Shown here: in pieces, positions 10,345-20,867 of the stretch
How the letters are laid out: each line of letters opens with the position of its first letter
Numbering within the stretch: position 1 is the stretch's first letter
Origin: Candidatus Methanomethylophilaceae archaeon
GTDB lineage: Archaea; Thermoplasmatota; Thermoplasmata; Methanomassiliicoccales; Methanomethylophilaceae
Assembly: GCA_944320495.1 (NCBI GenBank)
Contig: CALUHR010000013.1
Coordinates: 487,931 to 551,930, forward strand
Length of the DNA: 64,000 nucleotides
Direction of reading: 5' to 3'
Program-made: the position numbers and the translations under genes
The notes under the pieces: generated by a model
Database searches by the model: none
Seen by the model: the letters and a program-made list of their open reading frames with translations, nothing else
What the model was told of the DNA's origin: nothing

Positions 10345-10420
10345 GCTCCGGTAGTGTAGCGGCCAATCATTCGGCCCTTTCGAGGCCGACACACGGGTTC
10401 GAATCCCGTCCGGAGCACCA
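10345..10420 (+). tRNA. tRNA-Glu (anticodon TTC), CCA encoded
   Basis: GCTCCGG/CCGGAGC acceptor, CGGCC-CTTTCGA-GGCCG anticodon arm, GGTTCGAATCCC T-arm, terminal ACCA; TTTATTAA promoter at about 10314. Confidence 0.95.
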
Positions 10421-10440
10421 TTTCCTCAATCACGACCGCA

Positions 10441-11553
10441 TCGGCGGCCGAGCATCATCTTCCTTCTGAACTCGGCGCTCCTCTTCGCGACCTCGTCCAC
10501 GTTGTGCCTGTCCACCACCTGAACCTCCGGCAGCCTGCGCGGGTTGGCCGCGAGCATCCTGTCCAGGAGGTTCCTGTCGGAGAACTCGCACTTCTTCAGG
10601 TACGGCCTCTCCCAGTTCGACGCCAGGTCCATCATGGCCTCGATCCCGCGGTCGTAGAACAGCGAGGCGAACACGGCGCCGACGGTGGACTCCTTGGACA
10701 TGATGGCGATGTTGCACCCGCGCACGGCGAAGTCGGTCCCGTTGAACGAGACCGCCGCCCCGCCCGCGTCTCTCACGAGGTCCAGGCACTGGTAGTCCGT
10801 GTCGTCCCCTCCGATGTACATGGTGCAGTCCAGGTCGATGTTGGTCTGCTTCCTGATGTCCAGGAGCTGGTACGCCTTGCGGTGGGACGTCACAGGCACC
10901 GAGGACTCCATGAGGCTCATGGCCGGGAGCTCGGGTATCTGGTTCTGGAGGATGTCGTCCAGGGTCCTGATGATCTTGACGTCCCACTCGTCGATCTCCA
11001 TGGGGACGTTGAGCTCGTACTCCACCTTCGGGATGCGCAGGGACGTCACCGTCTCGCACATCTCGCGCATCCTGCGGGCGTCCGCGCGACCGAACTGCAT
11101 GTGGTCGAGGTCGGTCTGGGAGCAGAACACCTCGCACAGCGGCACGTCGATCCTGTCGGCGACGGTCATCCATCCGTGATTGTAGATTGAGGTGGACACG
11201 AAGGTGGGGAGCATCCGGGATATGAAGCGGAGCGCGTCCTCGGAGCCGGGCATGAACCTGAGCGTCTCCTCGTACGCCTTCTTCAGGAGATGGTCGGTGG
11301 CGCCGTTGGCCTTCAGGAAAGGGATGACCCATTTGGCGGTGTTGCCGGCCGTGGCCTCCTCCCTGCCCAGCACATAGGCGGTGAGATGGTCGTACCTCCT
11401 CACCACGTCGTAGAAGTGGGCGCCGTTGCGGATGAAGCGGGCGCAGACGTCGCGGAGGGGGTCGTTCTGAAGGACGAAGCCGCAGAGGTTCGTCACGAGG
11501 ATCCTGTCGGGGAAGAGCCCGAGCTCCTCCGCGGGGTCGTACTCTCCCGGCAT
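10441..11553 (-). CDS. HAD-like protein resembling EhaR/COG4030
   Basis: LQNDPLRDVCARFIRNGAHFYDVVRRYD...AGNTAKWVIPFLKANG...MPG...STS, late YIGGDDTDYQC and SFNG motifs, recalled as COG4030-like. In-frame CGA at 10443-10441; canonical TGA at 10426. Confidence 0.6.
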
Positions 11554-12380
11554 CGCTGGTCCTCCAGCGCCCTGTCGACCATCTCGGAGAGGTCCACGGG
11601 TCCGCGGACGGTTCCGTCCGAGGTCACAGGCCTCTTGTCCTCTATCCTGACCCTGCCGTCGGCGAAGGCCCTGATGGTCTCGGTTATGAGGGGGAGCTCG
11701 CGCTTGGCACCATCCTCCCTGATCCTCTTGAACAGGGGCTCCTCCAGCCCCTCGGATGCCTTGATCTGGTCGAGGGTGGACGATTCCAGCTTCCTCGCCA
11801 TCTGCTCCCACAGGGCGTCGTAGTTGCCTCCGCGGATGGGGAACCCGCAGTATGTGATGGCCGCCCCGCGGTCCCACTCCTTGGTGCACACGTGCATCAT
11901 GGCGCCCTGTCTCTCCGCGTTCTCGGAGATGAGCTGCCAGATGACCTCCTGCCAGGTGCCTTTTGGTCCGTCCGGCAGAGCGGGGTGGAGGTTGAGCATG
12001 TCGAACTCGTCGCAGGTCTCGTCGTCCATCCAGAGCATGTATCCGGCGAGGATCCCCAGGTCGAACTCGTACGGGGAGACGGCCTCGCGGAGCACCTTGC
12101 CGTACTCCACGCGCCATGCGGCCTCGTCGGCCTCCCTCAGCTCGGGCATGAACTCCTTCCAGGATGCGGTTACGAGCGGGATGCCGTAGCCCTCGACCAT
12201 GTCGAAGAACATCTGCCGCTGTTCGCGCTTGGGGTTGTCGGTCTCCTCGTTGGACCAGTTGCAGAAGACGAATGCAATCTCGACGTCCAGGTCGCCCGCG
12301 AGCTTTCTGTCCATGACAGCCTTCAGGAGGTTGCGGGACCCCGGGCCCCTTCCGGTGGAGAACCAGCCGAGTCTGAGCAT
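11553..12380 (-). CDS. purN: Formyltransferase, PurN-like (phosphoribosylglycinamide formyltransferase)
   Basis: LGWFSTGRG, LAGYMLW, NLHPALP, GAMMH, WDRG motifs. CGA at 11555-11553 overlaps the next ATG (CGATG); canonical stop at 11493. Confidence 0.7.
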
Positions 12381-12575
12381 GGGTCGCGCCTATGCGCGCG
12401 CTCGTTAATTAAGGGTTCTTCGAGAACCGGGGGGCTGACGGACGGATGCGTTTTGGACGCATAATCGCATGTCGATTTTACCGAGATGCTGTTTTCGATA
12501 ATAGTCGGGGATAGAATGAAACTATCATTTTGACAATGTTGTGATCAACCCACATGGGCTTGTACGGAATCCCCT

Positions 12576-12983
12576 TCAGACGTCGAACAGGACCGTGACC
12601 GACGGAGCGTCCCTGTCGATCTGCATCATGTGGTATGTCACGGCCTTGACCTCCGATCTCACACGGTGCTTCGAGCGGTCCAGCCTCTCGCCCCTCGCTG
12701 TGCAGACCACGTCGTTCCCCTCGAAGCGGACGTCGAACTCCCTCAGGATGAGGTTGTCGGCGTCCTCGATGAACAGCATCTCGGAGAGGAACGAGAACAG
12801 CCTGTCCTCGTCGTCGATGCCGGTGACGCGGATGTCGACGGACTCGGACGTCCCGACGTTGGAGAGGTCCACGGTCTGGTCGAACAGCGCATAGGCGGCG
12901 TTGCCGAAGCATTCCTCAAGAGTGGAGCCGAAGGCGCGGACCATCATGTCGGCTGTGTGGTCGATGAGGACGTATCTCTCCAT
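12576..12983 (-). CDS. Archease
   Basis: IDHTADMMVRAFGSTLEECFGNAA...EVKAVTYH...VLFDV. Confidence 0.9.
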   Translation of the reverse strand: MERYVLIDHTADMMVRAFGSTLEECFGNAAYALFDQTVDLSNVGTSESVDIRVTGIDDEDRLFSFLSEMLFIEDADNLILREFDVRFEGNDVVCTARGERLDRSKHRVRSEVKAVTYHMMQIDRDAPSVTVLFDV

Positions 12984-13053
12984 GTGGCGGGCATCGGGCA
13001 CGGTCGATAACTACGTTCCGTTGGGATTCGATAGAAATTAACGGGAGCTCATC

Positions 13054-13281
13054 ATGCGGATGGTCATGGAATCCCCCTGCGTCGCGGTCACCGTCAACGG
13101 GAAGGTCATCGAGGTCCCTGAGGGGACGACGCTGGCGGATCTGCTGGGTTCCGAGGGGTACGACCGGTCCCGCATCGCGGTGGAGGTCGACGGGGACATC
13201 TGTCCCCGCGCGGATCTCGGCTCCCGTGTCATCAGAGGCGGTGAGACGGTCGAGGTCGTCTCCTTCGTCGGAGGCGGATGA
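13054..13281 (+). CDS. thiS: Sulfur carrier protein ThiS
   Basis: VTVNGK...IAVEVDG...[11 protein letters not shown]-terminus. Start could also be 13060 or 13066. Confidence 0.9.
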   Translation: MRMVMESPCVAVTVNGKVIEVPEGTTLADLLGSEGYDRSRIAVEVDGDICPRADLGSRVIRGGETVEVVSFVGGG

Positions 13282-13841
13282 TGGGCCGCGGCGTGCGCAT
13301 AGGGATCGCCGGGCTGGGTGGCATGGGCTCCAACGTGGCCGTTATGCTGGTCCGCTCCGGGTTCCGCGACCTCGTGGTGGCGGACTTCGACACGGTGGAC
13401 GAATCGAACATAGCCAGACAGGCGTATCTGCCGTGCCATCTGGGCATGTCCAAGACGGACGCTCTGGCATCCGTCCTGCACGACATCGATCCCGGGGCAT
13501 CGGTGGAGGTCCACGATACGAGGCTCGACGCCTCCAACGCCGCCGGGATATTCTCCGCATGCGACGTGGTGTGCGAGGCCCTGGACGACCCGGAGTCGAA
13601 GGCGATGCTCGTCGAGACCCTGCTGGAGGCCGGGTTCACGGTGGTCGCATGCTCCGGGATGGCCGGCGACGGGGATGCCAACTCCATAGTCACGCGCAGG
13701 GCGATGGGGCGTCTCTGGGTCTGCGGCGACGGGGTGTCCGACGTTGCGTCCGAGGGGAGGCTGAACGCCGCCCGCGTGTCCGTGTGCGCGGGTCACATGG
13801 CGCTTGCGGCCATGCATCTGGCACAGGGGGAGGAACCCCGA
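13278..13841 (+). CDS. thiF: ThiS adenylyltransferase ThiF
   Basis: [41 protein letters not shown] overlap with thiS. In-frame CGA at 13839-13841; canonical TGA at 13862. Confidence 0.85.
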
Positions 13842-13863
13842 TTTTGCATTCAAGGTGATTGAT

Positions 13864-14637
13864 ATGAGTGATGAGCTGGTTCTGGGAGGTCGCAGGTTCA
13901 ACTCGAGGTTCATCCTCGGGTCCGGGAAGTTCTCGCTGGAGATGACCCGCAGGGTCATCGAGGAGGGGGGCGTGGAGATGGCGACCCTCGCCGTGAGGAG
14001 GGCCAACGCCGCCGGGGAGGGGAACGTCCTGGACAGCATGCCCGAGGGCATAACGCTGCTCCCGAACACCTCCGGTGCCCGCACCGCCGAGGAGGCCGTG
14101 AGGATAGCCAGGCTCGCCCGCGAGCTCGGGTGCGGGGACTTCGTCAAGGTGGAGATCATCCGCGACACCAAGTACCTCCTGCCGGACAACCGCGAGACGG
14201 TCAGGGCCGTCGGGATGCTCGCCGACGAGGGATTCATCCCGATGCCGTACATGATGCCGGACCTGACCGCCGCAAGGGACATGGCGGACGCCGGCGCCGC
14301 GGCCGTCATGCCGCTCGGCGCCCCGATAGGGTCCAACAGGGGGCTCCTGACGAGGGACTTCGTCCGCATGATGGTGGAGGAGCTCGACGTCCCCGTCATC
14401 GTGGACGCGGGCATCGGGAAGCCGTCCCAGGCCTGCGAGGCGATGGAGCTGGGATGCGCTGCCGTAATGGCGAACACGGCCATCGCCACCGCCCGTGACG
14501 TCCCGATGATGGCCCGCGCCTTCCGCACAGCCATAGAGGCGGGCCGCATGGCCTATCTGGCGGGGACCGGCAGGGTCCTCGAGGGGCGCGCGGAGGCCTC
14601 CAGCCCGCTGACCGGGTTCCTGGGGGGATCCGATTGA
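13864..14637 (+). CDS. thiG: Thiazole synthase ThiG
   Basis: [69 protein letters not shown]. Confidence 0.95.
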   Translation: MSDELVLGGRRFNSRFILGSGKFSLEMTRRVIEEGGVEMATLAVRRANAAGEGNVLDSMPEGITLLPNTSGARTAEEAVRIARLARELGCGDFVKVEIIRDTKYLLPDNRETVRAVGMLADEGFIPMPYMMPDLTAARDMADAGAAAVMPLGAPIGSNRGLLTRDFVRMMVEELDVPVIVDAGIGKPSQACEAMELGCAAVMANTAIATARDVPMMARAFRTAIEAGRMAYLAGTGRVLEGRAEASSPLTGFLGGSD

Positions 14638-15770
14638 GGGACCCCCTCCCATGGATGGAGGACATAGGAACAGACATCATGGACCGCGTCCTCGCCGCCC
14701 GCGAGGCTTACGATCCCTCATCGTACACCGAGTCGGACGTCCGCAGGGCGATGTGCGCCGAGCCGTCCGTCGAGGGATTCGCAGCGCTCCTGTCGCCGGC
14801 CGCGGAGCCTCTCCTCGAGGAGATCGCCGCACGTGCGAGGGAGGTCACCCGCGCGCACTTCGGGAACTCCGTCTGCATGTTCACCCCGCTGTACGTCTCC
14901 AACTACTGCATCAACGGATGCGTCTACTGCGGGTTCCACAAGGGGAACAGGATCGAGCGTCTCAAGCTCGGTCTGGACGACGTCGCCCGCGAGCTCGACG
15001 CCATCGCCGCCACCGGTCTGGAGGACATCCTCCTGCTCACAGGGGAGACCCACTCCGAGGAGGATGTGAGGTACGTCTGCGACTGTGTCTCCCTCGCCGC
15101 CGAGTGCTTCGCCGAGGTGGGCATCGAGGTCTTCCCGATGAACTCGGGAGACTACGCGAGGGTCCAGGCGGCAGGCGCCGACTACGTCACGGTGTTCCAG
15201 GAGACATATGACACCGGGAGGTACGACGAGCTCCATCCGTTCGGTCCCAAGTCCGTGTTCTCGTACAGGTTCAACGCCCAGGAGAGGGCGCTCATGGGAG
15301 GCATGCGCGGGGTGGCCTTCGGCGCCCTGCTGGGTCTGGCCGATTTCAGGAGGGACGCGTTCGCCTGCGGGCTCCACGCGATGGAGATACAGCGCAGATA
15401 TCCCGCCGCGGAGATCTCCATGTCGCTCCCGAGGCTGAGGCCGGCCGCTCACATGGACCAGTCCTCCGGCGTGAGCGAGGCCCAGCTCCTCCAGGTCTCC
15501 ATGGCGTACCGCCTGTTCCTGCCATATGCGGGGCAGACCATCTCCACCAGGGAGCGCCCCGGGTTCAGGGACGGGATCGTCGGGATATCGGCCACCAAGA
15601 TCTCGGCCGGGGTCAGCGTCGGCATCGGGGAGCACAGCGGGACGGGCCACGGCGAGGGCCAGTTCGTGATATCGGACCCGAGGGGCGTGGACGACGTGGT
15701 CTCGGCGCTGAGGTCCAACGGCCTCCAGCCCGTCATGGCCGACTATGTCCGCACGGGGCCCAGGGAATGA
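14634..15770 (+). CDS. thiH: 2-iminoacetate synthase ThiH (radical SAM)
   Basis: TTG start overlapping the thiG stop; [52 protein letters not shown]. Confidence 0.92.
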   Translation: MRDPLPWMEDIGTDIMDRVLAAREAYDPSSYTESDVRRAMCAEPSVEGFAALLSPAAEPLLEEIAARAREVTRAHFGNSVCMFTPLYVSNYCINGCVYCGFHKGNRIERLKLGLDDVARELDAIAATGLEDILLLTGETHSEEDVRYVCDCVSLAAECFAEVGIEVFPMNSGDYARVQAAGADYVTVFQETYDTGRYDELHPFGPKSVFSYRFNAQERALMGGMRGVAFGALLGLADFRRDAFACGLHAMEIQRRYPAAEISMSLPRLRPAAHMDQSSGVSEAQLLQVSMAYRLFLPYAGQTISTRERPGFRDGIVGISATKISAGVSVGIGEHSGTGHGEGQFVISDPRGVDDVVSALRSNGLQPVMADYVRTGPRE

Positions 15771-16348
15771 TCGCCGTCACGTCCCGCTCGCTGTGCGGGG
15801 AGCCGTTCCTGACGAGGGTCGCCAGGCTGGCCGAGGCCCGTCCGGAGATGATCATCCTGAGGGAGAAGGACCTCACGGAGGGCGAGTACCTGGCACTGGC
15901 GGCTGGATGCAAGCGCATCTGCGACCCTCTAGGCGTGCCTCTGGTCGTCAACCACTTCGTGTGGGTGGCCGGCATGCTGGGGATCAGAAGGATCCACCTG
16001 CCGATGCCGGACCTCCGCGAGGAGGACGTGTCGGGGTTCGACCTCGTGGGCGCGTCCGTGCACTCCGTGGAGGAGGCCAGGGAGGCCGTGTCGCTCGGGG
16101 CGGATTATCTCATAGCGGGGCACGTTTTCGGAACCGCCTGCAAGCCTACCGAGCCGAGGGGGCTCGGATTTCTTCGCGACGTCTGCTCGGCCGTGGACGT
16201 CCCCGTGTACGCCATCGGGGGCGTGGGCCCCGACAACTACCGGAGCGTCCTCGAGGCCGGTGCGCACGGCGCCGCGGTGATGTCGTCGGCCATGACCTGC
16301 GACGATCCCGAGGCTCTCGTTGACGCGATGCCCTCTCGCAAAGGTCGA
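15767..16348 (+). CDS. thiE: Thiamine phosphate synthase ThiE/TenI-like
   Basis: IILREKDL, IHLP, GASVHSVEEA, GADYLIAGHVFGTACK, VYAIGGV. In-frame CGA at 16346-16348; canonical TGA at 16366. Confidence 0.8.
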
Positions 16349-16372
16349 TATCCCCCGAGCCGTTGACCCCGC

Positions 16373-17008
16373 ATGGACGAGGCGACCTTCGACCGCGCCA
16401 AGGCATTCATCCGCGACCTCTTCGAGGGCGACAGCGGCGGTCACGACTACTGGCATTCGATTCGCGTCCACGACCTCGCCGTCTCCATCTGCGGCAGGGA
16501 GGGAGGCGACATGGACGTCGTCCGTCTGGCGGCGCTCCTGCACGATGCGGACGACCGCAAGCTCTTCGGACAGGGGAGCCGCAACGCCAGGGGATTCATG
16601 GACTCCGAGGGCATACCCTCAGACGTCCAGGACGAGGTCGTGGAGATCATATCGAAGATATCGTTCAAGGGAGCCGACACCGAGGTGCCCGCATCGCTGG
16701 AGGGGAGGATAGTCCAGGACGCCGACAGGCTGGACGCCATAGGTGCCGTCGGCATAGCCAGGGCCTTCGCCTACGGCGGGAGCAGGGGCCGTCCGATGCA
16801 CGATCCGGAGGTCCCGCCGTGCGAGGGCATGGGCGAGGCCGCCTACTTCGCCAATCGCGGGACGACGGTCAACCACTTCCACGAGAAGCTGCTCCTGCTG
16901 AAGGACATGATGAACACCCCGACCGCCCGCGCCATGGCGGAGTCCCGCCACCGCTACATGGAGGGCTTCCTGGAGGAGTTCCTGGACGAGTGGGAGGGCC
17001 GCAGGCGA
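16373..17008 (+). CDS. HD-domain phosphohydrolase (YedJ-like)
   Basis: GHDYWHSIRV, LAALLHDADD, VQDADRLDAIGAVGIARAFAYGG, HFHEKLL, FLDEWEG. CGA at 17006-17008 gives 211 aa; canonical stop at 17305. Confidence 0.85.
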
Positions 17009-17668
17009 TCGCAGGAGCTCGAACCGGTTCTTGGAGAACTTCAGGACGCCGTCGGCCTGCATCCTTCCGAGCTCGGCCGACAGGGCGCTCCTGTCCACGC
17101 CCAGGTGGTCGGCCATCTGCTGCCTGTTCAGCGGTATGGAGAACTCGTTGCTCCCCGCGATCCTGGCCTGGTCGGACAGATAGGCGCACACCTTCTCGCG
17201 GATGCTCCGCTTCGACATCTGCCCCAGCCTCCTGTCGCGCTCCACGGTGCTGCGGGCGAGGGCCTGGACCAGATTTCTGACGACTCTCGAATGGAACTGG
17301 CATGATGACGGGCAGGTCGTCGTCACCCTGGAGATCTCGAAGAACATGATCTCGGACCGATCGCTGGTGACGAAGCTCGTGTCCGCCCGCTCGCCCATCG
17401 AGCACGCGTACTCTGCGAAGATCACATCGCCCGGTCCGTGAGAGGAGACCAGGGTCCTGTTCCCCCACCAATCCTGTTTTATGACGTCGACGCGGCCGTC
17501 GAGGACGACACCCAGGCAGTCGACGGGGTCCCCGCTGCGAAGCACGAACTCCCCCTTGGGATACTTCTCCCTGCGGGCGTTCAGGCATTCGCACATCGCT
17601 GTAATCTCATCATCAGACGTCCCCAGGAAGATCCCGGTGTTCCTGAGGATGGGGATTGGGCTTCTCAT
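17009..17668 (-). CDS. Crp/Fnr family transcriptional regulator (HcpR-like by context)
   Basis: cNMP-binding fold, then SIREKVCAYL...LNRQQMADHLGVDRSALSAELGRMQADG...NRFELL HTH. CGA at 17011-17009 gives 219 aa; canonical stop at 16619. Confidence 0.88.
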
Positions 17669-17673
17669 AGAAT

Positions 17674-17689
17674 CGTTGTGATAACAACG
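17674..17689. promoter_or_regulatory. Palindrome CGTTGT-N4-ACAACG, candidate operator of the Crp/Fnr regulator
   Basis: Perfect 6-bp inverted repeat between the divergent crp and hcp genes, just upstream of the hcp TATA (TTTATAT at about 17698). Confidence 0.55.
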
Positions 17690-17745
17690 TTTCCGATTTA
17701 TATCCTACGTAACCTCGATCGACCGAAGAACAGAGGTGACTCGAA

Positions 17746-19275
17746 ATGTCGGAAGAGATGTTCTGCTATCAGTGCGAGCAGACCGCCGGAGGCCGCGCAT
17801 GCGTGGGCAGGTCAGGGGTCTGCGGCAAGACCTCCGAGGTGGCCATGCTCCAGGACGAGCTCACGGGCGCCCTCGTGGGCCTCGCCGATACCGTGGAAAC
17901 CCCCACGCCCGGAATCGACTCCCTCGTCAGGAGGGCGCTCTTCGCCACCCTGACCAACGTGGACTTTGATGCCGACAGCATCAGGGCTCTGACGGACGGG
18001 GTCAGGAAGGCGTCCGGAGGGGAGGGCGAGATACAGATGTCGTCGGTCTGGTGCGCCCAGGAGGACGTTCGCTCGCTGAAGTCCCTGATCCTGTTCGGGG
18101 TCCGTGGCATGGCGGCCTACGCGTACCACGCCGAGGTCCTGGGCGAGACCGACCCCGAGGTCGATTCGATGATGTACGAGGCCCTCCGCGCCGTGGGGTC
18201 GGACATGGGCGCCGACGGTCTCCTTGACGTCGCCCTGAGGCTGGGGAAGGCGAATCTCGCCTGCATGGCGATGCTGGACTGTGCGAACACCGCCAGATTC
18301 GGCATGCCCTCCCCTGCCACCGTATCCCGCGACGTGGCCGCCGGACCTGCGATCATCGTCACCGGGCACGACCTGGAGGACCTCCGTTTGATCCTCGAGC
18401 AGACCGAGGGCAAGGGGATCAACGTCTACACCCACGGGGAGATGCTCCCGGCCTTCGGATATCCCGAGCTCAGGAAGTACACACATCTGAAGGGCAACTT
18501 CGGAACAGCCTGGCAGAACCAGAGGGACGAGTTCGACGGGGTCCCCGCGGCTATCGTGTACACGACAAACTGCCTCATGCCGCCCAAGGATTCGTACAGG
18601 GACAGGGTGTTCACCACCGGACCCGTGGCCTTCCCAGGAACGGTCCACATCGGGGACGGTAAGGACTTCGCGCCCGTCATCGAGAAGGCCCTGGAGTTGG
18701 GAGGCTTCGCCGAGCCCACGAGCACCGGAGCGACGCTCACTACCGGGTTCGGACACGGGTTCGTGCTCTCCGTCGCCGACAAGGTCGTCGAGGCCGTCAA
18801 GTCGGGCCAGATCAACCACTTCTTCCTCGTGGGCGGATGCGACGGCGCCAAGCCCGGACGCGGATACTTCAGGGAGTTCGTCGAGAAGACCCCGGAGGAT
18901 TCGGTCGTCCTCACGCTGGCCTGTGGGAAGTACAGGTTCAACGACCTGGACCTGGGGACGGTCGCCGGACTCCCCCGTCTCATGGACATGGGCCAGTGCA
19001 ACGATGCCTACGGAGCGGTGCAGGTGGCCGTGGCGCTGGCCGACGCGTTCGGATGCGGGGTCAACGACCTGCCCCTGTCGATGGTCATCTCGTGGTACGA
19101 GCAGAAGGCGGTGTGCATCCTCCTGACGCTGCTCCATCTGGGGATCAGGGGCATATACCTCGGACCATCGCTCCCGGCGTTCGTGTCCCCTGCCGTGCTC
19201 GACATCCTGGTACGGGAGTTCGACGTCCACGCCATCTCGGACGTCGATTCCGACATGGCCGCGATGCTCCGCTGA
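17746..19275 (+). CDS. hcp: Hydroxylamine reductase / hybrid cluster protein
   Basis: MFCYQCEQTA..C...GVCGK, TGHDL, YTHGEMLP, GTAWQNQ, TTNC, GGCDG, LDMGQCNDAY-like, SWYEQKAV. RBS GAGGTGA. Confidence 0.95.
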   Translation: MSEEMFCYQCEQTAGGRACVGRSGVCGKTSEVAMLQDELTGALVGLADTVETPTPGIDSLVRRALFATLTNVDFDADSIRALTDGVRKASGGEGEIQMSSVWCAQEDVRSLKSLILFGVRGMAAYAYHAEVLGETDPEVDSMMYEALRAVGSDMGADGLLDVALRLGKANLACMAMLDCANTARFGMPSPATVSRDVAAGPAIIVTGHDLEDLRLILEQTEGKGINVYTHGEMLPAFGYPELRKYTHLKGNFGTAWQNQRDEFDGVPAAIVYTTNCLMPPKDSYRDRVFTTGPVAFPGTVHIGDGKDFAPVIEKALELGGFAEPTSTGATLTTGFGHGFVLSVADKVVEAVKSGQINHFFLVGGCDGAKPGRGYFREFVEKTPEDSVVLTLACGKYRFNDLDLGTVAGLPRLMDMGQCNDAYGAVQVAVALADAFGCGVNDLPLSMVISWYEQKAVCILLTLLHLGIRGIYLGPSLPAFVSPAVLDILVREFDVHAISDVDSDMAAMLR

Positions 19276-19414
19276 GCATCCACCCGACGGGTTCTACGGA
19301 ATCCGTCGGGAAACATTCGGATACCGCAATTATTCCGCGAAATCCGAACGATTACCAGCGGGATTCCTGCAAAGTCTGCAAACCTTATTATCCGAAGCCG
19401 TCGGTCGGCCATCC

Positions 19415-20221
19415 ATGCGCATAACGATAGTGGGCTGCGGGTCCATCGGTTCCAAGCTGGCCAGCGCCGCCGATGAGATGCCCGAGGTCAAGAGGATCTA
19501 CCTCGTCGACATGGAGAGGCATCTCGCCGAGGATCTCGCCGCCAGGCTCAAGAAGGCAATCGTTGTCGACAGCGTGGAGGAGGAGCTCTACCACTGCGAC
19601 CTCGTCATCGAGGCCGCCTCCCAGGCAGCCGCCAGGGACATCGCCCCCCGCGTCGTGTCCCGCGGTGTCGACATGATGATAATGTCCGTCGGAGCCCTCG
19701 TGGACGACGACTTCCGTATGATGGTCAAGGACAAGGCCAAGAACTCCGAGGCCAAGATCTTCATCCCCTCCGGTGCGATCTGTGGCACCGACGGCCTGAG
19801 GGCGTCCGCCGTGGGTAGGCTCGACGAGGTCGAGCTCATCACCACCAAGGGCCCCAAGAGCCTGGAGGGGGTCCCGTACATCATCGACCACGGGATCGAC
19901 GTGGACAAGGTGAAGGAGCCCACGGTCATCTTCTCCGGAACGGCCAGGGACGCGGTCAGGTTCTTCCCCAGGAACATCAACGTGGCCGCCACCGTCTCGC
20001 TCCTCGGAGTCGGGTTCGACAGGACCAAGGTCAAGATCGTCCTCGACCCGGGCAGCCACAGCAACTCCCACGAGCTCAGGATCAAGGGCGAGTTCGGGGA
20101 GATGACCTGTCACACCTACAACGTGCCGTCCCCGGACAACCCGAAGACGTCCTATCTCGCATCCCTCTCCGCCATCGCCGCCCTCCACAGGATCGTCGGC
20201 AACGAGTGGATCGGGATCTGA
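19415..20221 (+). CDS. nadX: L-aspartate dehydrogenase
   Basis: IVGCGSIG, VIEAAS, MSVGAL, PSGAICGTD, ARDAVRFFPRNINVAAT, NPKTSYLA. Confidence 0.9.
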   Translation: MRITIVGCGSIGSKLASAADEMPEVKRIYLVDMERHLAEDLAARLKKAIVVDSVEEELYHCDLVIEAASQAAARDIAPRVVSRGVDMMIMSVGALVDDDFRMMVKDKAKNSEAKIFIPSGAICGTDGLRASAVGRLDEVELITTKGPKSLEGVPYIIDHGIDVDKVKEPTVIFSGTARDAVRFFPRNINVAATVSLLGVGFDRTKVKIVLDPGSHSNSHELRIKGEFGEMTCHTYNVPSPDNPKTSYLASLSAIAALHRIVGNEWIGI

Positions 20222-20309
20222 TAATCAAACCCTGGCGGGCGCATGCCCGCCGACCTCCGGGATTCCGGAGGACATTCCATTATCATTACTGTACGCGTTC
20301 CGTCTCCGC

Positions 20310-20822
20310 ATGGAAGAGCGTCGGCATCTCGGCATGGAGGACATCCTCGGCCTGCTAAGGTCCAGAGGCATAGCATTCGAGGAGGCGCATCACCCTCCGG
20401 TGTTCACCATCGAGGAGATGCTGGAGCAGGATCTCCCGCATCCCGAGCTAATCGCCAAGAACCTGTTCCTGAGGGACGACAAGAAGCGCAGGTACTATCT
20501 CGTGGTCGCCAGGGAGGATCAGAGGGTGGACCTGAAGGCCCTCCGCACGGTCATCGGTTCCAGGCCCCTCAGCATGGCCTCCGAGGAGGACCTGATGTCG
20601 CACCTCGGGCTAACGCGCGGGTCCGTCACGCCGTTCGGCATACTCAACGACCCGGACCGTTCGGTGGACGTGGTGGTCGACTCCAGCTTCCGCGGGTCCC
20701 GCATGGGCGTCCATCCCAACGACAACATGTGCACCGTCTGGGTCGGCACGGAGGACCTGGAGTCGCTCATCTCGGACGGATGCGCGTCCTTCGCCTACGC
20801 GGACCTGCCCACATCCGACCGA
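20310..20822 (+). CDS. Prolyl-tRNA editing protein, YbaK/ProX family
   Basis: HPPVFTIEE, KNLFLRD, LSMASEE, GSVTPFGILND, HPNDN. In-frame CGA at 20820-20822; canonical TAA at 20858. Confidence 0.85.
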
Positions 20823-20867
20823 TGGGTCCATCGCCATTCCTATCTATGGCATCCCTAATACGGGGGC

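Noticed and set aside
13010-13055. TPP riboswitch upstream of the thi operon
   Set aside because: No GGGG...CTGAGA...CCC core is present, and the gap is too short.
19275-19410. Hairpin cluster after hcp as an ncRNA
   Set aside because: CCCGACGG/CCGTCGGG and TTCGGA/TCCGAA stems are adequately explained as terminator or intergenic structure; no further evidence.
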